NCBI GenBank assembly: GCA_018676855.1 | Contig: JABHDY010000003.1 | Coordinates: forward strand, 445,907 to 509,906 | DNA from: Candidatus Woesearchaeota archaeon | Lineage (GTDB): Archaea > Nanobdellota > Nanobdellia > Woesearchaeales > GW2011-AR9 | DNA: 64,000 nucleotides | Reading direction: 5' to 3' | Shown: piece by piece, positions 1 through 8,908 of the stretch | Position numbering within the stretch: the stretch's first letter is position 1 | Layout of the letters: the number at the start of each line of letters is the position of its first letter | Notes under the pieces: generated by a model | The model's database searches: none | Told to the model about the DNA's origin: nothing | Seen by the model: the letters and a program-made list of their open reading frames with translations, nothing else | Program-made: the position numbers and the translations under genes

Positions 1-2571
1 GTCCTGTGAAAGAATTGTTCGTGGTGGTGTAATGTCCCGTGCACAAACTTGCTGTGAAAGAGCTGCACCAAATTCGTTGGGTGTAAATACACAATCGTCA
101 ACGTGATCACCGTCACCATCTTTTATACATTGACCGTTACCTCCAGGATTTGTCCATGAACATCTGCCCCATGTACAACTATCTTGAGAAAGGGTAATCG
201 TACCTTCAATGTTTGTAAGGGGCTGACCATTAGTACATTCCTGTTCCGTAATAAAATCGTAACAGGTAGAGTCATCATCGGGAACGTCAGGACACTCATT
301 ACATTTGTTTAAATTTTCTTGTGAGAAACATGAACCTAACCCTGAACAAACGTTCGCTGTACAATAATAATTTTCAAACAACGGTGAATCTGGCCCGCAT
401 AACGTACATTGAGTATTTTCATCATAATTTTCTTCAACACAATATCCTGCACCCGTTTCTGCCGTAACAAATTTTGCATCTTGATTATAATTTCCGTAAA
501 CAATTGTATAATCAAGTAACGGTTCTTCCGGTTGTGATGCACCATCGACCCATTCACACGGAGTGCCGAAACATCTATTTTGTGTACATGCACCCTCACT
601 TTGATAATCGAAACAAGTATCTACATCTTCACAATTATTACATACATCAACAGTTGTTATTTTTCCTGTATCTTTTAATCTATTATCATAATAACAATAA
701 TTGGGATTATCTTGCGGTCCGTAACATATATCTTCTGAATAATACAAGCCGAAAGGGTTACCAAACATAGGATCGGTTGTACACATAGCATTATCGCTAC
801 ATCTTGCACTGTGCCGCGATGTTTGTGTACAGAATTTATTTTCAACTGAACAATCAGCACTTAGAATTGGTTCAATAGTATTACTGTTTGTACATCTAAA
901 TACTTGTTGTCTTTTTCCTATATCTGATTGACAGAACGTGTCCCAGCCAGCACTTTCAGTGTACCGGTCTTCACATGCTGCCATACCCATTGTTATTGGA
1001 TCGAACCCTAATTCTGAAGAAGAACATTGGCCACCTTCATAATTTGCAGTTATAGTATACGAATACGTTTTTTCCCATTCAACATCAACGTCAACATGTT
1101 CTACAACAGCGCCAGAAACGGAAATTGGATCAGTAATATCGTCTTCTCCAGTCCTTTGAATTGTATAACTGGTAACTTCCGCACACGGTTTTGTCCATGT
1201 TAGTTTTAACTGTTCTTTTCCAAGGACGGGAGATACAAGAAATTCTGTAACTGGTTTTTTGTTTTCATCAGCTTCACAATTACATTCAGTTTCTGGAAGG
1301 ATAAGATTAACCTCAATCGTTATTGATGCATCAGTAGGACCGAATGAAAAAATGACTGGATTTGAACCATACTCTTGAAATGTTGCAAACACTTCATAAT
1401 CCTGACCACCTTCCTGAGGAGTAAGTGAAATAATGTTAGTTTCACCTTCAGGATATTGTGTTATTCCTCTAAATGTACCGTTAATGTACACTTTTGCACC
1501 TGGTTGTCCTTCAGCATTATTAACAACTTTAATTGTGACACCATTTTCTACCTGTTCTATTAATGTAAAATCGATACCTGTTACGTCAGTATCTTCAGGT
1601 ACAGTAACTTGTTTCGATTGTGTTGAATATTCTTCTTTTGAAGCAGTAACCGTATAAACTCCTGATGGAATGTTTTCAATTTTATATGTTCCATCGTCAA
1701 TTGTAATTGCTGGTTCGGTAGATTCTTGAATAGAAACTTTTGCTCCTTCTAATACTTCTCCAGTTTCGTCTTTAACAGTTCCAGAAATACTTCGTGTACC
1801 GACTGACGACGTAAGTATAAATTGGTGAGAAACACTTTCACCTTCAACAGATATTGATGCAACTGCACTTTTATAGGTATCTTTGCTAACTTTAACAACG
1901 TACGTTGATGGTTGAAGAGTTGGGAAAGTATATTCTCCAGATGCTAAAGTTTGTCCTTCTTCCTCAGTGCCTAAAATTTTTACTGTTACTCCAGATAATT
2001 CAGTACCATCTTCAGATAGAACTGTTATAATAAGATCTGAACCTACAATTTCTGTACTACATTCTAATTGACATTGAGAATATGACATTCCAGATGGATT
2101 TCTAAAATCTGAATTGAAACCACGCCGTGCAGCAAGATCACTACATTCCCTTTTAAATAAAGGAAATTGGCACTGATTTTCTCCAACTGAAGGGTCTAGT
2201 ATACAACATCCAGGAGTACAAAGTTCATTATACCTTTCGAGAGGAACTTCTCCACCAGCAACACCAGTATCAGCAATTCCTTCCTGTCTACATTCACCTA
2301 AAGTCTTTTCTGTACAATCTAAATCGCATACAACCAATTGACAAACATCGACACCAGAACAATCTTGTAAAGGAACATAATGTTGATCTAAAGAACAATC
2401 GCCATATTCTGCACAGTCAGTTTCTGCATCAGATTGTGAAACTGTTTGACAATATGATCCACTTTCTGGATACACATAACATCCATCAGTATCTACTGAT
2501 GATACGAATAGAAAACTAAGTAAGAATATACCTAAAACTACAATAAACAAACCCCTTTTGTTACCTATCAT
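1..2571 (-). CDS. Large secreted Cys-rich surface protein with carboxypeptidase-regulatory-like (beta-sandwich) repeats; partial, runs off the left edge
   Basis: Absent from the ORF track; translated by hand at both ends. ATG at 2571 gives MIGNKRGLFIVVLGIFLLSFLFVSS (signal-like), then a Cys-rich segment, then repeats such as ISGTVKDETGEVLEGAKVSIQ...GTYKIENIPSGVYTVTASKEEY. The same frame reads ...CARDITPPRTILSQD at base 1. Confidence 0.85.
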   Translation of the reverse strand, partial: MIGNKRGLFIVVLGIFLLSFLFVSSVDTDGCYVYPESGSYCQTVSQSDAETDCAEYGDCSLDQHYVPLQDCSGVDVCQLVVCDLDCTEKTLGECRQEGIADTGVAGGEVPLERYNELCTPGCCILDPSVGENQCQFPLFKRECSDLAARRGFNSDFRNPSGMSYSQCQLECSTEIVGSDLIITVLSEDGTELSGVTVKILGTEEEGQTLASGEYTFPTLQPSTYVVKVSKDTYKSAVASISVEGESVSHQFILTSSVGTRSISGTVKDETGEVLEGAKVSIQESTEPAITIDDGTYKIENIPSGVYTVTASKEEYSTQSKQVTVPEDTDVTGIDFTLIEQVENGVTIKVVNNAEGQPGAKVYINGTFRGITQYPEGETNIISLTPQEGGQDYEVFATFQEYGSNPVIFSFGPTDASITIEVNLILPETECNCEADENKKPVTEFLVSPVLGKEQLKLTWTKPCAEVTSYTIQRTGEDDITDPISVSGAVVEHVDVDVEWEKTYSYTITANYEGGQCSSSELGFDPITMGMAACEDRYTESAGWDTFCQSDIGKRQQVFRCTNSNTIEPILSADCSVENKFCTQTSRHSARCSDNAMCTTDPMFGNPFGLYYSEDICYGPQDNPNYCYYDNRLKDTGKITTVDVCNNCEDVDTCFDYQSEGACTQNRCFGTPCEWVDGASQPEEPLLDYTIVYGNYNQDAKFVTAETGAGYCVEENYDENTQCTLCGPDSPLFENYYCTANVCSGLGSCFSQENLNKCNECPDVPDDDSTCYDFITEQECTNGQPLTNIEGTITLSQDSCTWGRCSWTNPGGNGQCIKDGDGDHVDDCVFTPNEFGAALSQQVCARDITPPRTILSQD

Positions 2572-2647
2572 TCTCTAGTTTAGAGGAAACAGTTATCGTT
2601 TATAAATGTTGTCAGGGAAGAAAGGTGTCTATATGACTAAAAAACGT

Positions 2648-3145
2648 TCATTTTTTATGTACAATTTTGTGCAATTCAGAAAAAGTGTCTTTATGAATGG
2701 ATTCTTGTTGTTTTTTTTTCCTATGTGAAACGCGTGAATGTTGTCTCAGTTTGGTAAAGGTATCTTTTGTATCTTGTTTTTTTGGATTAAAATGTGTATG
2801 CACAACTTTTTGTAATTTTTCAACATCATTTTTAGGTTTAGGCACTGCCAAACCATGTTCAGTAAAGAAATCTTCTTGATGTTGATGATGTACTTTATGT
2901 TTCCGTTTTTGTTTTATCCTTTGTAAATATGGTGATAATATTGGAATGAAAAAAACTGACGGTTTTTTTTGTTCAGGAATGTCAAACATTTTTTCTTCTG
3001 GTTTTTCTATAACTTCTTTATTTCGTTCAGGAAATGGTTGCCATTCAGTATCTTCAACAGTATCTTTTTTTAATTTACGTGAAACGTAATATAGTATTAG
3101 AAGAAAAACACTTACCGAGATTATTATAAGTAATGTTATGTCCAT
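2648..3145 (-). CDS. Hypothetical single-pass membrane protein with basic cytoplasmic domain
   Basis: 165-aa ORF with an N-terminal hydrophobic helix (LLIIISVSVFLLILYYV) followed by a K/H-rich region. Confidence 0.7.
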   Translation of the reverse strand: MDITLLIIISVSVFLLILYYVSRKLKKDTVEDTEWQPFPERNKEVIEKPEEKMFDIPEQKKPSVFFIPILSPYLQRIKQKRKHKVHHQHQEDFFTEHGLAVPKPKNDVEKLQKVVHTHFNPKKQDTKDTFTKLRQHSRVSHRKKKQQESIHKDTFSELHKIVHKK

Positions 3146-3223
3146 TAATAAATGAATATGTTTTCAGTATATAAACATTTTTCCTCATAACATTTAAATA
3201 TAATCACCTCTAATAAGTAAGTA

Positions 3224-4147
3224 ATGAAACAATTATTATCTAAAATATTACTTGGAAGTGTTTTGGTAACACCCGCGGTTGCATGTGAAAGTGATACAGG
3301 TTTTGGAACAGAACAACAACCACAATCAGACGTACGTTCTCAGCCAGATGTACAACAACCTCCACTTGAACATATTATAACTGGAGTAACAAATAATAAT
3401 GGTATTGTGTTTACTGGAGAAAAAGAAGTTAGGGTTCAAGATCAAGCAGGCAGCCCTATTGTAAATGCTACTGTAAAGTTGGTTAATGAACCTTCTTTCA
3501 ATTTATATCTTGTTGATACTGGAAATTCAACTGGTGGTGGATTATTTCAAGAAACTGTTCAAAGAGAAGGTATGTTAATGTCTTCACTTGAAGATAGAAC
3601 GATTACTATTAGAACAGATCAACCAGTAACTGTTTTTTCTGGCGGAACACAAGCTGTGTACGATTTATCTGTGTGGATGGCTGACGATTCTACGTACATT
3701 TGTAATGGCACATATACAACTGAACAACTTATTGAAGGTCGTGACATGACTGTACAATTAATATCGTATTTTGATCCTACTGGTAAAGTAAAGTTTGTCT
3801 ATGATCGTATTGAAGATTTAATTGATGCTGGAATTCTTTCTGATTTAGAAGCTGATAAGAAATGGTACGTTCTTACACCTGAAAATCCTGTGTCTCCTCC
3901 CGTGGTGATGATGCGTGAAGTTGCACAGAAGTTGTTTGATGAAACAACGTACGATAGGTTGAATAGTGTTTGTCCAGATATGACTTCTGGTGAAGGGCAA
4001 CCGTGTGATGATGGGTTATTTTGCACTAAGAATGATATGGTTGTTAATGGTGTGTGTGAAGGAACTCCAAGAACATGTGATGATGGTTTACCTGGAAGAC
4101 ATTATTGTGATGAAGAAAGAAAAGTTTGTGTTTCTGAACCTTATTAA
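3224..4147 (+). CDS. Putative lipoprotein with C-terminal Cys-rich CDDG repeats
   Basis: Signal peptide ending in lipobox-like AVA|C; C-terminal CDDGLFCTKNDMVVNGVCEGTPRTCDDG; TTTAAATA box upstream. Confidence 0.75.
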   Translation: MKQLLSKILLGSVLVTPAVACESDTGFGTEQQPQSDVRSQPDVQQPPLEHIITGVTNNNGIVFTGEKEVRVQDQAGSPIVNATVKLVNEPSFNLYLVDTGNSTGGGLFQETVQREGMLMSSLEDRTITIRTDQPVTVFSGGTQAVYDLSVWMADDSTYICNGTYTTEQLIEGRDMTVQLISYFDPTGKVKFVYDRIEDLIDAGILSDLEADKKWYVLTPENPVSPPVVMMREVAQKLFDETTYDRLNSVCPDMTSGEGQPCDDGLFCTKNDMVVNGVCEGTPRTCDDGLPGRHYCDEERKVCVSEPY

Positions 4148-4150
4148 AAA

Positions 4151-6052
4151 TCATATTTCGATAGAACATTCTCCAATTGAATCGCATTTTCTATCAAAAG
4201 TGCCATCAAAATCGTGGTCACACCATGCTCCTTCACCAACAGATTCACAACGACAACTAAAAGAACTTGCATCAGTAGGATTAACTAATCTACCAGACCA
4301 ATCAAAGGGTGCACCATCATCTTCTGGTTGAAGAAATGAAACAATTTCATCATCCGCATTAACACCACAAAAACTTCCGCAACCCCACTCGCCAGTACAC
4401 CAACCAACATCTTCTTCTAGAGTATAAGGATCTTTTCCTTCACAACCAGTTGCAACTCTATTACATTCTCCACCAAACGGAATCGTGTCTGGTTCTAAAC
4501 CAAGAGACCAACCACACGTTATCTTAGAAGTATAAACTTTTTCGGCATTTGGATCAGTCCCACAATCACTTGTTAAACCATTACATGTTCCAGCACCAGT
4601 TCTTTCTTCTAATAAATAACCTTTTGATGCTAATTCGTCTAAACCACCAAAACAACCTTCTTCAACAGCACTATCTGAACATATTGTACCAGCACTTGCA
4701 ACTTTACCACCTTGAATATTAGTATCGTCAACAACACAACATTGTGAGTTAGCAACAACTTTCACACGAACATCCTGAAAATCTTCTGCAAGAGTATCAG
4801 AAACAGAAGCTTTTAAATTGTAAATATTATTTTCATTTAATATACTTGAAGGGTTTAATTCAAACAATTTTTCTTCTGTACCATCAATAAATGTTTGAGA
4901 TGAAGTACCTAACCCATAAATAATATTCAAATCTTCGTCTGGGTCATTTGCTTTCATATTAATCTTTACATTATCCAAACCACCAACAGTTGAAACAACC
5001 AGATAATCATACCCATCACCAGGACATCTATTAATATAATCTAATGCAGGTGGCCGATTCTCACGTGCAATCCTAAAAACATAATTTTCCAATGGTGGCA
5101 CATCGTCAGGATCTGATTGAATGATAGCTTCTAAAGGATATGTAAATGTAAATATGTCAGTTCCATCATCTAACGATTCTGTATCCATTTCAATGTCCAT
5201 CTCAGGATATAATGATAAAGAAATGTCGGCACCATTAAGAATAAAACTATTATCAGCTAAAGCTTGTTCATACTCAAACTCAGTAGATGTCCAATCCCAC
5301 CTGATAGGATTCAACACTGCTTTGGTAATAAACTTTGTAAATTCGCTTGTATAAAAAAAGTCAAATTCTGATAATGTAAAGAAATCGTTACTTCCTGAGG
5401 AAACGTATAATGGATATTCAACAGAAACGGCAATACCATCGTTAAGTAATTGAACGTCAATAACAACGTCACCCTCACTAATTTCTGAAGATGGAGAAAC
5501 TGTACTTTGTATAAACTCTTCAACCTTTAACGTTACTGCTGATAATAAATACGATTCAATATCATTTTCAACAGTACGTTTGGTTAACGCATTACGCCGT
5601 GAACCAAACTCGCCAGTCATTGGAAAAGCATATTCACAGAACGGAGATGCGTCCTTATCAATACCGCAAGGATACGATTCCGGAAATTCAGTAGGTTCAG
5701 GTTCTTTAATAGCAAGAAAGACACGACCGCCAAAATTTGGATCTCCAAAAACTATACTATTATCTAGATGACTAATGATTCCGCCCTGATCTTTCCAAAT
5801 TCTACCTTGCTGACCCATTAACAATAATGCAGACGATAGTTCATCTGTCAGTACATCTTCCATAAATAATCGTAGGCCTTCCTTATAGAACGCTGCCGTA
5901 AAAACTTTTTCTTGTTGTTCCTTAAGTTGTTCTTTCTGTAATGATGTTGTTAACATAATGAATGTAACAACAATGAATAACAATACAACGCCAAGTATCA
6001 TGAATATTGTAATCTGAGCTCTATTACTAGCGAAACCTCTTTTTTTCATCAT
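4151..6052 (-). CDS. Large surface protein with class III (pilin-like) signal peptide and Cys-rich C-terminus
   Basis: N-terminus KKRG...RA|QITIFMILGVVLLFIVV matches the archaeal class III signal peptide pattern; NRPP...ANDPDED Ig/cadherin-like motif; Cys-rich tail. Confidence 0.8.
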   Translation of the reverse strand: MMKKRGFASNRAQITIFMILGVVLLFIVVTFIMLTTSLQKEQLKEQQEKVFTAAFYKEGLRLFMEDVLTDELSSALLLMGQQGRIWKDQGGIISHLDNSIVFGDPNFGGRVFLAIKEPEPTEFPESYPCGIDKDASPFCEYAFPMTGEFGSRRNALTKRTVENDIESYLLSAVTLKVEEFIQSTVSPSSEISEGDVVIDVQLLNDGIAVSVEYPLYVSSGSNDFFTLSEFDFFYTSEFTKFITKAVLNPIRWDWTSTEFEYEQALADNSFILNGADISLSLYPEMDIEMDTESLDDGTDIFTFTYPLEAIIQSDPDDVPPLENYVFRIARENRPPALDYINRCPGDGYDYLVVSTVGGLDNVKINMKANDPDEDLNIIYGLGTSSQTFIDGTEEKLFELNPSSILNENNIYNLKASVSDTLAEDFQDVRVKVVANSQCCVVDDTNIQGGKVASAGTICSDSAVEEGCFGGLDELASKGYLLEERTGAGTCNGLTSDCGTDPNAEKVYTSKITCGWSLGLEPDTIPFGGECNRVATGCEGKDPYTLEEDVGWCTGEWGCGSFCGVNADDEIVSFLQPEDDGAPFDWSGRLVNPTDASSFSCRCESVGEGAWCDHDFDGTFDRKCDSIGECSIEI

Positions 6053-6099
6053 ACCATGTATAATAAATTAGTTTATGCTTATAAAAGTTGTTGAGAGAC

Positions 6100-6186
6100 T
6101 TACAAAATTAATGTAACGTATAACCAAACTTCAATATCTTTACTGCCAGACTTAATCTTTTCAAACGGTTCTTCATTTAATACCGT
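6100..6186 (-). pseudogene. Remnant of the 5' end of an ASCH-domain-like gene (copy 1)
   Basis: Hand translation (T)VLNEEPFEKIKSGSKDIEVWLYVTLIL*; about 50 nt nearly identical to 8836-8885; resembles the ASCH N-terminal motif (FekIksGxKxIExR). Confidence 0.55.
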
Positions 6187-6187
6187 A

Positions 6188-7462
6188 TTATTTAAACCCT
6201 TTTTTAACGTCTCTTTCTTTCCATCCGGCTCGGAGCAATGCTGATTTAATAGTACCATCAGAAATTCCCCTTGCTTTATTTTTTTTAATATACATTTTTA
6301 TTTCAGAGGGTACGTTTCCTTTTTTAAAGAAAAAGAAGTATAATATAATTCCAAGAATTAAAATGAAAGTTCCAATAACAGCTACAACCAAAATAATAAT
6401 AGTATTACTTTCATTTTTAGGTATTACTGGAGGAGATACTTCTTGTGGTCTTTCCATTGGAAGGGGTTCCGGGACAACTTCTTGAGTACACAATTGTTCT
6501 TCAGAAGGTATTTGAGTAAGAGTTCCACAATTATTACTATCTTGACACGTTCTTGTTTGTGTTTCCCCATAACATGTTGACCAAGAACTGCATGACCACG
6601 ATTCTGTACACGTTTCAGGAAAAGAATTGGAAGATGAACCAATTGTACAATCTTGTTTTTCTGTTCTGTCGGGAGAACATTCATTTCTATCAATACATGA
6701 CCTTATCCTCTCATCAGTAACGGGATTGCACGGTGACCATGTATTTGAACATAACCAATCTTCTGTACAATTAGTTGATTCATTATCTTGATCGATAACC
6801 AAAGAAGTGTTTGTATACAACACTTTAATTTCTTTAATTAAATATGTAGCATTATCTTCAATCATTTCTGAATTATTTAATTCAACCAAATTGTTTTGTC
6901 TATCAAGTTCTAATATGTGAATAAATTCTCTTAAGTTTGACCGGAATTGTTTAATGTCTGAACGTAAATCTTTAAGTTCATTTTTATACATATCGTACTC
7001 ATCATCATCACTTTCATTAATAGATATTAAGAAATATTCTTTCGTGTCAATGTACTTATCATAATATTCATTAAATGTAATATTAAACCACGTAAAATTT
7101 GTAATATCAGGAACAGTGTCTACTGGTTGGACTTCTTCGTCAGTTAAACAAGTTGGGGAATTAACACAAAATAGTTTTGTTTGAGAAGTTCCGTCAGCAC
7201 AATTAGTACGTAACGAATATTTTCCAACGGAAGAATCTGAATAGGTGTTATATTCTGTCTGCCAATTGCCTGTTCCCTGTTGAATATATACTAATTGGTT
7301 CAATGGGTTAGAAACTAAAATTAATGACGTTTTTGGACATGAAGAAATGGCAATAGTAACCTTTTCTCCAAAAGAATAATCAGTTTTATCGATTGAAACG
7401 TCGATAGCGCTAACAGTAAAAAGTAAAAAAATGCTTATTATTATTGGGATCAAAATTTTCAT
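6188..7462 (-). CDS. Membrane-anchored surface protein with TSP1-like CxExWxCxxWSxC repeats and a small cytoplasmic C-terminal domain
   Basis: Signal peptide; CTEDWLCSNTWSPC and CTESWSCSSWSTC repeats; TM helix; tail YIKKNKARGISDGTIKSALLRAGW. Confidence 0.8.
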   Translation of the reverse strand: MKILIPIIISIFLLFTVSAIDVSIDKTDYSFGEKVTIAISSCPKTSLILVSNPLNQLVYIQQGTGNWQTEYNTYSDSSVGKYSLRTNCADGTSQTKLFCVNSPTCLTDEEVQPVDTVPDITNFTWFNITFNEYYDKYIDTKEYFLISINESDDDEYDMYKNELKDLRSDIKQFRSNLREFIHILELDRQNNLVELNNSEMIEDNATYLIKEIKVLYTNTSLVIDQDNESTNCTEDWLCSNTWSPCNPVTDERIRSCIDRNECSPDRTEKQDCTIGSSSNSFPETCTESWSCSSWSTCYGETQTRTCQDSNNCGTLTQIPSEEQLCTQEVVPEPLPMERPQEVSPPVIPKNESNTIIILVVAVIGTFILILGIILYFFFFKKGNVPSEIKMYIKKNKARGISDGTIKSALLRAGWKERDVKKGFK

Positions 7463-7464
7463 TT

Positions 7465-8715
7465 TTATTCAGAATTGTCATATTCTGCAACAAACGTTTC
7501 GTTTAAGTACACTTTCCAGACACTTGGATCGGGGACGTCATATACAGTAACAGACTTTTGTTTAACAGTATCTATCGTATCGTAAGTAACTGTCATTTGT
7601 ATAACGTCATCTTTTTGTGCTGAAGGATATAATACTTTATTGAAAACTATTACAGTTCCATTTTCATCGTACAATTGAGTTATCACAGAGAATGGAACAG
7701 TTATATTTTCATCAATATACAATTCTGTTACTGATTTACTAATGTCTGATATGGATACTACTGGAATTATGTCAATACATGCGCCCTCACTACAGAACGT
7801 TTTTGGTGGACATTGTACTGTTTCTGAAACAATATAATCATTTTCTCCACACGTTTGTTCAACCACATGAGTTTCGTTAAAACATCCGTCAGATTTTAAC
7901 ACCCTTTTTTCTTGGTACGTGCCCATAGATGTTTGTTCAAGTTCAATTCCTATCGTATCGCCTCGCACAGAAACGTTTTCGTTGTCAGGATCTAAACATA
8001 TATCATCATACAAATCGTAGTATGATAAACCCGTTTGGCTTTCTTCACCTTCAAGAAGCAAATCTAAGAATGTTCCGCTACAATTACTTTCTAAAAGAAG
8101 TTGTGGTCCTAAAAAAGAAACTAAAATAAGATTAGACATTAAATTCATGACTGTATGTCCTGGAGAATTTGATAAATCAAATTCGTTACATACTTCTGTA
8201 GTAAACGGAAATGAACAATTGTTAGCCCTAATATCTTCAATTAAAAGTGGACATTCCATATACGTTTTTGAAAAGTCAGGAATTGGAACATTTGAAGAAT
8301 ATTCAGAAGAAATTTCGTCAAATTCAATTTTAAAATTGCAAAATTCGTCAACCAAACCTTTAGTTTCAAGATTTATTGTTCCCACTTCACTTTGAATGGA
8401 AAATTTTGCTTTTTGACAGTTGTTAATAAGTGCATCGCCAAAACAAACCAATTCTTCAAATTCGTCATATAGCCAAATGGTATACATTCCACCATCTTCA
8501 GATTGATATGTTACATTAGAAGCACCAGCTAAATCTGAAAAGCCACAATTTATAATGTCTGTTTCGCCGGCTTTACCAACCAAATTTATAGTAGTAACTA
8601 TAAGCGAAATAGTAGCAATAAGAATGATTGTTATAATAATGATAATGAACGAATTACGCCGTTGTTGACGTTTCGTTTTTTTAGATTTTTTAGTTACCAC
8701 TATATTTCGCACCAT
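7465..8715 (-). CDS. N-terminally anchored Cys-containing surface protein
   Basis: Basic N-terminus, TM helix, then acidic Cys-rich ectodomain (CPPKTFCSEGACI); 2 bp from the downstream gene. Confidence 0.75.
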   Translation of the reverse strand: MVRNIVVTKKSKKTKRQQRRNSFIIIIITIILIATISLIVTTINLVGKAGETDIINCGFSDLAGASNVTYQSEDGGMYTIWLYDEFEELVCFGDALINNCQKAKFSIQSEVGTINLETKGLVDEFCNFKIEFDEISSEYSSNVPIPDFSKTYMECPLLIEDIRANNCSFPFTTEVCNEFDLSNSPGHTVMNLMSNLILVSFLGPQLLLESNCSGTFLDLLLEGEESQTGLSYYDLYDDICLDPDNENVSVRGDTIGIELEQTSMGTYQEKRVLKSDGCFNETHVVEQTCGENDYIVSETVQCPPKTFCSEGACIDIIPVVSISDISKSVTELYIDENITVPFSVITQLYDENGTVIVFNKVLYPSAQKDDVIQMTVTYDTIDTVKQKSVTVYDVPDPSVWKVYLNETFVAEYDNSE

Positions 8716-8787
8716 CTTTCATATACATTAACCAAAAGTAAACAAAAAGAGTATAAAAATGTATTGAATGTTGTTATTAAATTAATT

Positions 8788-8908
8788 TTATATGTATACC
8801 AACAACACCGTTTTTCTTTTGTCATCAAAAAGGCGAACTTCAATATCTTTACTACCATCTTTAATCTTTTCAAAACGGTTCTTCAAATAACTTCATTTCA
8901 TGTTTCAT
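8788..8908 (-). pseudogene. Frameshifted, truncated ASCH-domain-like gene (copy 2)
   Basis: ATG at 8908 overlaps the end of the upstream gene: MKHEMKLFEEPF, then one extra T (8872-8875) creates TGA; the shifted frame continues EKIKDGSKDIEVRLFDDKRKTVLLVYI*. Confidence 0.65.

Noticed and set aside
336-1657. Short ORFs at 336, 474, 675 and 1433
   Set aside because: Shadows of the long - strand CDS 1-2571, which the ORF track missed because it lacks a stop in the window
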